Assembly: GCA_905478765.1 (NCBI GenBank)
Contig: CAJQJY010000006.1
Coordinates: 9,362-73,361 of the forward strand
Source: an uncultured Flavobacteriales bacterium
Lineage (GTDB): Bacteria > Bacteroidota > Bacteroidia > Flavobacteriales > BACL11
DNA length: 64,000 bases
Direction: 5' to 3'
Shown here one piece after another: positions 17,449 to 27,000 of this stretch. The notes under the pieces were generated by a model. That model was not told the DNA's origin. It saw nothing but the letters and a program-made list of their open reading frames with translations, and ran no database searches. Each line of letters starts with the position of its first letter. The stretch's first letter is position 1. The position numbers were made by a program, and so were the translations under genes.

Positions 17449-17616
17449 ATGAAAAAAAGTATTGGAATATCCATTTTTTTAATTGTGATAGGTGTTGTGT
17501 TCCTATTAGACAACCTTAATTACATAAATATATCGGTAGCAGAACTCTTAAAAACCTACTGGCCTGTAATTCTTATTTGGATGGGAATTGAAAAATTAGT
17601 TAGAGATTGGAAATAA
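17449..17616 (+). CDS. Small membrane protein, LiaF/DUF5668-like (55 aa)
   Basis: LIVIGVVFLLDNL...YWPVILIWMG pattern. Below the ORF-track cutoff. Confidence 0.75.
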   Translation: MKKSIGISIFLIVIGVVFLLDNLNYINISVAELLKTYWPVILIWMGIEKLVRDWK

Positions 17617-17619
17617 ACC

Positions 17620-18570
17620 TCAATCTCTTTTTTCACTATTATTAAGTAAAAATAATCTTCCCTGCATTGCATTTTTTTCTTCTAAGCGTTTTTCTACCAA
17701 ATGTTTGACTTCAAAGTTTTTCAATCCGTATTTTGGATGTATTAACATTCTTGCAGGAGATTCACTAAAAAATCTTTCAATAATAATTTCTGGATTTAAA
17801 AGCTCAATAAAATCTACAACCAAATCAATATACTCATCTAATTCCATAAAAGTAAACATATCTGGAGTATTCTTAAACTGATGAGCCATCATAGTGTGTT
17901 TTACAATCTGAAGATGATGAATTTTTAAGGTATTAATTGGAAGTTCTGAAACTTTTCGAGCATGCTCTAACATATCTTCTTTTGATTCACCAGGCAAACC
18001 TAAAATAAGATGACCACCTAAATGCAACCCTCTGCCATCAGCCCTTTTAAAAGCATCAATTGCTTCTTCATGTGTTTGGCATCTGTTTATTTCCTCTAGC
18101 GTTTCGTTCTTAGTTGATTCTAAGCCAAATTCCAATTTAATAAAGTTGCCTGCTTTTGCTAATTCTTCTAAATAATCTAGGACTTCATCTTTAATACAAT
18201 CAGGACGAGTAGCTATTACTAATCCAATTACATCTTCATGAGCTAAAGCCTCCTCATACATTTTTCTTAAATCAGCCAGAGGCGAATAGGTATTGGTAAA
18301 CGCCTGAAAATAAGCAAGGTATTTTTGAGTTTTATATTTCTTTGAAAAGAAATCTATTCCTTCGTTAATCTGTTGCTTTATAGGCTTTATAGGTTTGCAA
18401 TAATCAGGATTAAAAGTATTGTTATTGCAATAAGTACAACCACCAGTACCTTTACTTCCATCCTTGTTCGGGCAAGTAAAACCAGCATCAATGGAAACCT
18501 TTTGTACTCTTTGATTAAAAGTTCTTCTGATGAAAGAAGAAAAATCATTATATCTTTCTTGTTTTTGCAT
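17620..18570 (-). CDS. Radical SAM protein, TIGR01212/YhcC family
   Basis: GFTCPNKDG...GGCTYC, YFQAFTNTY, ATRPDC. Confidence 0.92.
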   Translation of the reverse strand: MQKQERYNDFSSFIRRTFNQRVQKVSIDAGFTCPNKDGSKGTGGCTYCNNNTFNPDYCKPIKPIKQQINEGIDFFSKKYKTQKYLAYFQAFTNTYSPLADLRKMYEEALAHEDVIGLVIATRPDCIKDEVLDYLEELAKAGNFIKLEFGLESTKNETLEEINRCQTHEEAIDAFKRADGRGLHLGGHLILGLPGESKEDMLEHARKVSELPINTLKIHHLQIVKHTMMAHQFKNTPDMFTFMELDEYIDLVVDFIELLNPEIIIERFFSESPARMLIHPKYGLKNFEVKHLVEKRLEEKNAMQGRLFLLNNSEKRD

Positions 18571-18659
18571 ATTGACAAAAATAGTAGTTTACAAACAACA
18601 AAAGCATTCTATTTCCTTATTAAAAAAAGATTATCTAAATTTGTATCATTAATTACTTT

Positions 18660-18869
18660 ATGTCAGAAAAGAAAATTAGAGCATTTGAAGAAATTGGTTA
18701 TATTAAAACACTACCAAAGAGATCTGATATAAATGACTATGAAAGCATCAAAATAAAAATTAAAAATGGTGACAAACTTACACTCTACAGAAACTTATCT
18801 AAAAAAAAAGAAATAGATGATACAAGTGATTTTGGGAGCAGTTGGGATGTATTTAATTCTCTTCATTAA
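18660..18869 (+). CDS. Hypothetical protein (69 aa)
   Basis: Fills the gap between genes and is preceded by a TAAATTTG box at 18636-18643. Confidence 0.55.
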   Translation: MSEKKIRAFEEIGYIKTLPKRSDINDYESIKIKIKNGDKLTLYRNLSKKKEIDDTSDFGSSWDVFNSLH

Positions 18870-19074
18870 ACTGATCTTTTCTTTTTTTTAAATTAATAGA
18901 TAAAGTGATAAGTTTATCACTTACTGCAGTTTTATACAGAAAAGGCAATAACGCATGAACTAATGCTTTGAAACTTAAAAAAAGTAAAATCAAGGAAAAC
19001 TTTAAAGATTTAATAAAATGCTTAAAGTAAGATTCTCCAATACTTTTAGGATGATGAGTGAATATATTATTCAT
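18853..19074 (-). CDS. DUF6356-like small protein
   Basis: FTHHPKSIGESYFKH...VHALLPFL pattern. Confidence 0.75.
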   Translation of the reverse strand: MNNIFTHHPKSIGESYFKHFIKSLKFSLILLFLSFKALVHALLPFLYKTAVSDKLITLSINLKKRKDQFNEEN

Positions 19075-19075
19075 T

Positions 19076-19918
19076 TTACAAAATATCTATTAATCTAAAA
19101 GTATCTTTTAGCCTTACTCCTCGATCAGTTTTTTCTACTGTGCAACACTCACTATAATTATCATGTTGCAAATAAATGAAGTATTCTTTTTCAGCAGCTT
19201 CATTCAAAAACTTTTCTTTTTCTCCAAGAGTAAGTAGTGGCTTAGTATCATATCCCATAACATAAGGCAAAGGGATATGACCAGTACTGGGTAATAAATC
19301 AGCAGCAAAAACAATCGTTTTATCTTTATAAGTAATATGAGGTATCATTTGAGCCTCCGTATGTCCGTTTACAAAAAGTGCATTAAAATGATTAAAAATC
19401 TCATTTTCCCCCTCAACAAAATTTAGATGACCTGACTCTTGAATTGGGATAATATTCTCCTTTAAAAATGATGCCTTTTCTCTGTTATTTGGCACAGTTG
19501 CCCACTCCCAATGCTCTTTATTACTCCAATACTTTGCGTTTTTGAAAGCCATCTCAAAGCCAGTTCTATCTTTATTCCACTTTACACTTCCTCCACAATG
19601 ATCAAAATGAAGATGAGTAAGAAAAACATCCGTTATATCATCTGCTGAAAAACCATTTTTTTTTAGAGAGGAATGCAAATTCACATCACCATGTAAATAA
19701 TAATGTTTTAAAAATTTATCATCCTGTTTATCCCCAATACCATTGTCAATTAGAATAAGTCTATCTCCATCCTCAATTAACAGCGAACGCATAGCCCAAG
19801 GGCAAAGGTTATTTTCATCTGCAGGATTAGTTCTACTCCATAAAACTTTTGGAACAACACCAAACATTGCTCCTCCATCTAATTTAAAAAAACCAGTGTC
19901 AATTGTATACAAATTCAT
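19076..19918 (-). CDS. MBL-fold metallo-hydrolase (YtnP-like)
   Basis: LDGGAMFGVVP, THLHFDH. Confidence 0.92.
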   Translation of the reverse strand: MNLYTIDTGFFKLDGGAMFGVVPKVLWSRTNPADENNLCPWAMRSLLIEDGDRLILIDNGIGDKQDDKFLKHYYLHGDVNLHSSLKKNGFSADDITDVFLTHLHFDHCGGSVKWNKDRTGFEMAFKNAKYWSNKEHWEWATVPNNREKASFLKENIIPIQESGHLNFVEGENEIFNHFNALFVNGHTEAQMIPHITYKDKTIVFAADLLPSTGHIPLPYVMGYDTKPLLTLGEKEKFLNEAAEKEYFIYLQHDNYSECCTVEKTDRGVRLKDTFRLIDIL

Positions 19919-19994
19919 GTTAGTAAATTTTAGTTTGTCAAATATAACAATTGCTATTAATTCCTACTTTTATTTAAATATAAATTTAATAGAA

Positions 19995-21320
19995 ATGAAG
20001 ATACATTTAATCGCAATTGGTGGAAGTGCTATGCACAATATGGCATTGGCATTACTTCATAAAGGATTTAACGTGACAGGAAGTGATGATGCAGTCTTTA
20101 GCCCCAGTAAAGAACGATTAGAGAAACACGGATTACTACCAAATCAAATGGGATGGTTTCCAGATAAAATTACTTCAGATTTAGATGCAATTATTTTAGG
20201 AATGCACGCTAGAGAAAACAATCCTGAACTTGCAAAAGCAAAAGAATTAAATATTCCTATTTTCTCTTATCCTGAATATATTTACGAGCAAAGCAAAAAT
20301 AAAAAAAGAGTAGTAATTGGTGGTAGCCATGGTAAAACCTCCATTACAGCAATGATTTTACATGTACTACAAAATTTAAATATTGATTGCAATTATATGG
20401 TTGGCGCTCAATTAGAAGGATTTGATAATATGGTAAAACTAACTAATAATGCTCCCATAATTATCTTAGAGGGTGATGAATACCTTAGCTCACCAATTGA
20501 TAGAAGACCAAAATTTCACCTTTACAAACCGAATATAGCAGTTCTTAGCGGAATTGCTTGGGATCACATAAATGTATTTCCAACTTTTGAAATGTATGTT
20601 GATCAGTTTAGAATATTTAAAAATACGGTGAGTGATACGCTTATTTATTGCTCAGAAGATGAAGAATTATGTAAATTGACGAAAGAAGAAACAAATTGTA
20701 AAATAATACCTTATTCTACTCCAAAACATGAGATAATAAATGGAATAACAACTTTAAAAAATACTAAGTTATTAATTTTTGGAAACCATAATTTACAGAA
20801 CCTAAATGCTGCAAAATTAGTATGTAATGAGTTAGGTGTTTCTGACAATGATTTCTTTAAGCAAATAGCTACTTTTAAGGGAGCAAGCAAAAGATTAGAA
20901 TTAGCTAAACAAACAGAAACATCTGCACTTTATACGGATTTTGCTCACTCTCCATCAAAGTTAAAAGCAACTTGCTCTGCTATGAAAAAACAGTTTATAA
21001 ACAGAAAATTAGTTGCATGTATGGAACTCCATACTTTTAGTAGTTTGAATGATGAATTCTTAGCGCAATATCAAGGAAGTATGGATACTCCTGATACAGC
21101 AATTGTGTATTTTAGCCCGCAAGCAATAGCTCATAAAAAGTTAGAACCAATTACAAAGCAACAAGTACACTCTGCTTTTAATAGAGAGGACTTATTAGTT
21201 TTTACAGATGCAAAAAAACTAGAAGATTATTTAACAACTTTAAATTGGAACAATCAAAACTTACTTATGATGAGCTCAGGAACGTTTGATGGATTAAATA
21301 TTAAGAATCTGATAAAATAA
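19995..21320 (+). CDS. Mur ligase family protein (Mpl/MurC-like)
   Basis: True start MKIHLIAIGGSAM, GSHGKTS, EGDEY, DFAHSP. Confidence 0.9.
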   Translation: MKIHLIAIGGSAMHNMALALLHKGFNVTGSDDAVFSPSKERLEKHGLLPNQMGWFPDKITSDLDAIILGMHARENNPELAKAKELNIPIFSYPEYIYEQSKNKKRVVIGGSHGKTSITAMILHVLQNLNIDCNYMVGAQLEGFDNMVKLTNNAPIIILEGDEYLSSPIDRRPKFHLYKPNIAVLSGIAWDHINVFPTFEMYVDQFRIFKNTVSDTLIYCSEDEELCKLTKEETNCKIIPYSTPKHEIINGITTLKNTKLLIFGNHNLQNLNAAKLVCNELGVSDNDFFKQIATFKGASKRLELAKQTETSALYTDFAHSPSKLKATCSAMKKQFINRKLVACMELHTFSSLNDEFLAQYQGSMDTPDTAIVYFSPQAIAHKKLEPITKQQVHSAFNREDLLVFTDAKKLEDYLTTLNWNNQNLLMMSSGTFDGLNIKNLIK

Positions 21321-21322
21321 AA

Positions 21323-21346
21323 AAGCCACTCATTTCTGAGTGGCTT
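21323..21346. terminator. Hairpin terminator between convergent genes
   Basis: Perfect 10-bp stem AAGCCACTCA/TGAGTGGCTT. Confidence 0.8.
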
Positions 21347-21365
21347 ATAAAAAAATGCTTTAAAT

Positions 21366-21668
21366 TTATCTTGACATTTTACCTGATAATATACTTATCA
21401 AATCAATTAATGCCCAAATACCACATCCTCCTAATGTCAATAGCATTAAGATTCCATTAGTAGTATCTCCCATCATAAACCTATGAATACCTAAAGTACC
21501 AACTAACCAACAAACAGCAGCTAACCCCCAATCAATATCGGGAGAAGATGGTTTAGGTTGATTCGTTGTATTTTCAACAACAGTACCATCTTCAGTAACG
21601 GGGAAAGAAGCATAAATTGTTGTACTAAGCGTAAATAACGCAATCATAATAAATAGAATTTTTTTCAT
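21366..21668 (-). CDS. TM2 domain protein
   Basis: GTLGIHRFMMG...LTLGGCGIWALID. Confidence 0.9.
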   Translation of the reverse strand: MKKILFIMIALFTLSTTIYASFPVTEDGTVVENTTNQPKPSSPDIDWGLAAVCWLVGTLGIHRFMMGDTTNGILMLLTLGGCGIWALIDLISILSGKMSR

Positions 21669-21790
21669 GTAAATACTTTTTTAGTTAATAAATTAATTGG
21701 CGTAAAAATATAATAAAAAAGCAATAGGTATAAAACTAATATTAAATTAAAATTATAACTAATCCACCTAAGGATATTATGTGGTAAAAT

Positions 21791-22072
21791 TTATATTTTT
21801 GATAAAATATAATACTTCTTCAATTCCTTAAAATAAGAGATAATTAGTAAAGGGAATACTATAACTGATAACTTGTTAAATTGGTATGCAATTACAAAGT
21901 CTAAATGTATTAAATGTTGTATGGCTCTAGTCATACCACAAGCATAACATTCTTTATCAAACAAACATACTGATAAACATACTGACTCACCAGAATCAAA
22001 AAATGTAGAAGGTAAAATTAACAACAAAACTGGAATTACTAATAATACAATAAAAATAAATTTATGCTTCAT
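21791..22072 (-). CDS. DUF2752 membrane protein
   Basis: C...CYACGMTRA motif. Confidence 0.85.
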   Translation of the reverse strand: MKHKFIFIVLLVIPVLLLILPSTFFDSGESVCLSVCLFDKECYACGMTRAIQHLIHLDFVIAYQFNKLSVIVFPLLIISYFKELKKYYILSKI

Positions 22073-22112
22073 TCTGTAAAGATACAAAACTTAATTATCC
22101 TAAATTTGCATC

Positions 22113-22964
22113 ATGAGAATATCAATAATCATATTATTTTTCACTATTTCTTTTCAAAGTTTTTCTCAAAACACCTTTAGCTATTTAGGTACATTAATCT
22201 TAAGCAACAATATACCTATTAGCTTTCAATTAGAACTTGAAGAACAATATGGTATTGTAAATGGGTATTCCATCACCAATATAAATACCCCAGATGCAAC
22301 CAAAAGTGAGATAAGTGGCTTGTATTTCAAATCAGATAATTCTTTTCAATTACAAGAAACTCAGATCTTACACTCCTTATCAGAAGCTCCATTAAACACT
22401 TTCTGCTATATCAATATGAATTTAGCATTTAAAGGAAAGTTTGGTTCTAAAAGGTTAGAAGGTACTTTTATAGGTAATTTTATGGATAGCACACAATGTG
22501 CTAGTGGTAAAATTTTTTTGATGAAGAAATCAAAAATTGAAAAAAAAATAAAAAATATAAAAAATATAAAAAATAAAGTTGAAAAAAATTATTATAAAAA
22601 GTATGCTGACACTACATTAATTAAAAGGACAGAAATTTTAAAAGATGGAGATGATTTTACTATAAATTGGGAAAGCAATAAAGTAAAACTATACATCTGG
22701 GATGCAAACCAAGAAGATGGTGACAAAATCACTTTAAAAATAAATGGAGACATTATTTTACATGATTTTGAAACGGAAAACAAAAGAAAAAAAATAAAAT
22801 ATCAATTAAAAGATGGTGAAAATATTATTGAAATAACTGCAACCAATTTTGGAACATCACCACCAAATACTAGTAGAATTGAATTAGTTGACAGCAAAAC
22901 TAAATATCCAATCATCACTCAACTGGAATTAAGAAAATCAGCAATAATTAAAATTGTAAAATAA
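22113..22964 (+). CDS. Hypothetical secreted protein
   Basis: Signal peptide, WDANQEDGDKI and GTSPPNT motifs, TAAATTTG box at 22101-22108. Confidence 0.75.
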   Translation: MRISIIILFFTISFQSFSQNTFSYLGTLILSNNIPISFQLELEEQYGIVNGYSITNINTPDATKSEISGLYFKSDNSFQLQETQILHSLSEAPLNTFCYINMNLAFKGKFGSKRLEGTFIGNFMDSTQCASGKIFLMKKSKIEKKIKNIKNIKNKVEKNYYKKYADTTLIKRTEILKDGDDFTINWESNKVKLYIWDANQEDGDKITLKINGDIILHDFETENKRKKIKYQLKDGENIIEITATNFGTSPPNTSRIELVDSKTKYPIITQLELRKSAIIKIVK

Positions 22965-23003
22965 AAAACCCTCTACTAAAAAGTAAAGGGTTAATTTTTA
23001 AAG

Positions 23004-23077
23004 TGAACTTGGAGGGATTCGAACCCCCAACCTCCAGAGCCGTAATCTAGTGCACTATCCAGTTATGCTACAAGTCC
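23004..23077 (-). tRNA. tRNA-Arg(ACG)
   Basis: Cloverleaf GGACTTG/CAAGTTC, anticodon loop TTACGGC, GGTTCGAATCC. TATATTTG promoter at 23088-23095. Confidence 0.95.
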
Positions 23078-23124
23078 AACTTGGGTGCAAATATAATTTA
23101 TTTGAACTATACTAATTTAGTTTC

Positions 23125-23397
23125 TTAAAGAATTTCAACATCTAATCCGTAAAGAGATAAATCCTCTTGTAACGGAATTAAATCTTCAGTTTTTCCAACT
23201 GCAATTTCACAACTTCCTTTGTAGTGAACTAAAACTGCACACTGCTCTGCCTGAATAGTATCATGATCACAAATTGCAACTAAGCAATCAATTACATGAT
23301 CAAAAGTGTTGTAATCATCATTGATTAAAAACAACGCTTTTTCTGCTACTTTACTAGAAGAATTCTTTGGTGTATATTTAGGAGTTTTTTTCATCAT
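23125..23397 (-). CDS. clpS: ATP-dependent Clp protease adaptor
   Basis: NDDYNTFDHV, QAEQCAVLVHYKG. Confidence 0.9.
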   Translation of the reverse strand: MMKKTPKYTPKNSSSKVAEKALFLINDDYNTFDHVIDCLVAICDHDTIQAEQCAVLVHYKGSCEIAVGKTEDLIPLQEDLSLYGLDVEIL

Positions 23398-24031
23398 TTT
23401 TATTTTTACCAAACATAACTTTTGTTTCCTCACCTTTAATTAAACGTTCAATATTTTTTTGGTGAGTTATTAACGATAAAATAGGAACAAAAATTGCAAA
23501 CAAATTTAAGGATTCATTAGCTGACTTAAGTACAATCAATACAAAAAATGGAAAAGCTATAGATGCTATAATCGACCCTAGAGAAACATACTTTGAAATT
23601 AAGAATACGACTACAAATACACCAATAGAAAAAAGAGCAGCCCAAAGGTTTAAACCAATTAAAAGTCCTAACATAGTAGCAATCCCTTTACCACCCCTAA
23701 AACCAGTATAAACAGGAAATAAATGACCAATAACAGCAGCAATTCCAAACGCCAATTGATTCTCAAAAAATAATTCTGGAGAAAGCTCAGTTACGTTACT
23801 AATAAAATGAACATAGTATACAGCTAACCACCCTTTAAAGATATCCATAAAAAGTACCGGGATTCCAGCCCCTTTGCCTAAAACTCTAAAAGTATTTGTT
23901 GCTCCTGCATTTCCACTTCCATATTCCCTAACATCAATTTTATAGAAAATCTTACCAAGCCAAACTGCAGAAGGAAAAGCCCCCGTTACATAAGCAAGCA
24001 AGACAAATAATATGATTTCTGTAGTTATCAT
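23378..24031 (-). CDS. plsY: Glycerol-3-phosphate acyltransferase
   Basis: GSGNAGATN, GHLFP, FRGGKGIAT, HQKNIERL. Confidence 0.95.
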   Translation of the reverse strand: MITTEIILFVLLAYVTGAFPSAVWLGKIFYKIDVREYGSGNAGATNTFRVLGKGAGIPVLFMDIFKGWLAVYYVHFISNVTELSPELFFENQLAFGIAAVIGHLFPVYTGFRGGKGIATMLGLLIGLNLWAALFSIGVFVVVFLISKYVSLGSIIASIAFPFFVLIVLKSANESLNLFAIFVPILSLITHQKNIERLIKGEETKVMFGKNKNDEKNS

Positions 24032-24053
24032 TTAAAGTTCGGCAAGATAGTAA

Positions 24054-27000
24054 TTAATACTTTTTCTTAGCTAGTTTCAAGAACTTCTCAGTAATGTCTT
24101 CAGGAGCAATCATATAACGGTAAGCAGGAGCACCTTTTGCACGCTCTGCTTTCCTTTTACCATCAGGAACAGAAAGAATTGAAGCATTAAAATCTGGATT
24201 AGTTGACCAAGAACGCATCACTCCATTTTTGTATTGGAAATAATACTCGTCATAAAATTCTGTGGTTAAATAAATAGTTAAAACATCAGAATTTTGACCC
24301 TTTTCAATAATAATATAACCATCAACTAACGAATTAACTTGTTTATTCAAAACACTTCCTACGCCAATATTTCCTTTTGACACAAATGCTTTATTTACAT
24401 TATCCCAATTAAAATTAGTTTTAGCAAAAACAAGAGAATGTTTCATCTCATTAGGAAATTTTGAAAAATCATCTTTCATTTCTAAATCAACTAAAAGCAT
24501 CTCCCCTTTCTCCTTACCAAGAACTCTTTTTAAATTCATTGAGAATTTCTCATCATACTCAAACATATCATCTCCAGGAGCATCATACAAATCTTGCCCC
24601 ATAATCTGCAATGCCTCTTCAGAAAAGAAAAAATCAAGCATAAAGAACCCATCTAATTCAGTTTTTTGAGAAGCAATATCATGAGTAACATTACCAACAT
24701 TTAACGCTTTGACTTGCCCTAAATCTAAATTCCAATCCATCACCCCCTCTCCTTTAGTTTTACATGTTTTTTCATACAAGGTGTAATAGTTTGATAAAGA
24801 ATCAGGACCCCCTATAATATATGCAAATTGTTTTTTATCATATCTTAAAGTAGAAGAAGCTGATAAAATATCGAAATCGAGAGCTTTTCTTTTTTTCTCA
24901 CTCATAAATGTAGAATATAAATCTGTTGAATCAAAATTCATAACCAATGCTGATGAAAGTAAATCCTTCTTATCATTATAGATTTTATCATCTAAAGCGA
25001 ACACTATATTCTTAGGATCTATTTCAGACTTGAATTTAATCCATGATTTATCAAGTAAATCACAAGAATGATTTGCCATAAAATAACCATCAAAAGTCAA
25101 GTTCTTTTTATCAGCAATTAAATCAACACTACCTTTAAAATCAAATTTACTATCAATATGAAATACTTTATCTGTAGCAACATCACCCCTTGCAATAGTA
25201 ATAGTATCAGTCCCTACTCTAATCTCTTTAAAAAATATTTGCTGTTCATTATTCATAGCATCTTTATAAGTATAATCACCATTGGCAGTATAATTATGTG
25301 CTGATTTAATATCAATAGTAGCATTAGTAAAAATATGGTATTCAGTTAAATCATCTGCAATAATAGTTGCTCCAAATAGCGTTTGAATAACTGCATTTTT
25401 AGCAACTGTTACAATTCCAGAATCAGGATTAATAACAGCATCCGCGATAAGAATTTCTTCAACTCCTACTGTGTTTATTATATAGTCTTTAATACTATAA
25501 GTAGCAGTTTTTGCAGTAAACTTTAAAGAGTCTTGAGTAGGATGAATAGATACAAAATCAGAACCTTTACCCTTAGCAACAACCTCATCACCCAGAGTAA
25601 ACAATTCGTCATCCATCGCCCACCTCAGCTTATCAATATAAGAGATGTATTTATTAGCGGGAAACTCAACATATGAATTACCACCATTTGAATAAAACAG
25701 TCCTTCACGGGTTTTCAAATCAATATGTGACCTTAGATTATTTGCTCTAATTGCAATATTTTTTGAATCATCAAACACTTGAAGATTAGCTTCTTCTGAG
25801 CCAAACCAATTTGCATTAAAGGTAAATGACTCTGCATCAACATCAGCTTTATCTAATGACATAATACCTCCCCCCGAAAGTGCAGTAGGTTGTAGTAATA
25901 AATCTCCTTTGAATGTAGCTTGGTCATGATAAAAATTAAAAACATCTTTAGTTTGATAAACCTCTAGCCTGTCGTTATATGGCTCAAAGTGAGTATAAGT
26001 TTCAGTGTTTTTTACATCAGGAAATTCAATTCCACTAGCTACTTCAGTAAGAGCAAAAATTTGTGTATAAAAATTAGTAGAATCAGGGAAAAAGAAAATT
26101 TCTTCAGCTGATGCTTTTGATGTTAAGTATGCAAAGTCTCCACTCCCTTTTAATCCTTTATGGCTCAAATGAATATCATTATTATACTTTCCTTTTCCAC
26201 CATAAATATCAAATCCATCAGCTGGAGTTTTTCTAGTAAACCCTAACGAATAATCATCTTGCAATCTTAAAGTATCATCAAATATGGGGAAGATCCCTGC
26301 TGATTCAAACACACCTGCAAACCACAATCCTTTTCCTGTGTAATTATCTAAGCTATCAATTTCAAAGGGCTGTAAATGAAAAGAGAAATTATCTCTTTTA
26401 TAAACTCCATCATAAATAGAATTCCTATCAAAATAAGCGTAAGAATCCTCAAACGACCTAAAGATTGGGAATTCAGGAAAACTATCTTTTCTAACCCCTG
26501 ATTTATTTGTTGGATCATCAATAATTAAATCACCAGTTACTGCTTCAATAACTGTTCTAACTGGAGTTAAAATTTCATCACCATACATGTCTTTTTTAAT
26601 AGGATGTACAGGAACTGAAAGCTGAACAGAATCAATTTTATTCAAATCAACTTTAAATTCATCATAGTGAAAAAAGAAATCTCTTCCGAAAAGATTTAAC
26701 CTCCCTTTACCCGCATAAACCTGACCGTTAAATACAAAATCTCTATTTTTCTTTACCACTAGTAAGCCATCTTTTGGATATAAATAAACAGCTCTTTCTT
26801 GGCTTAATTCTATCTTATGAATACCTAAGATATTTAAGTCTTTCGTTTTAATATTTAAAGTAGCATTTACCAAATTTTTATCAGGAGTTTTGTACTCTCC
26901 CTCTGAAATTATTGAATTGAAAGTTATAACATCATAATCCCCAATTTCTGATGCTGCATTAATATAATTATACAACTTTGGAAGAACTGTAATTCTCTCC

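Noticed and set aside
19743-19994. N-terminal extension of the Mur ligase ORF
   Set aside because: Overlaps the divergent MBL gene, and family similarity starts at ATG 19995.
22965-23100. tRNA-Arg (and tRNA-His at 44971-45045) as island integration sites
   Set aside because: No duplicated 3' ends or integrases near either tRNA.
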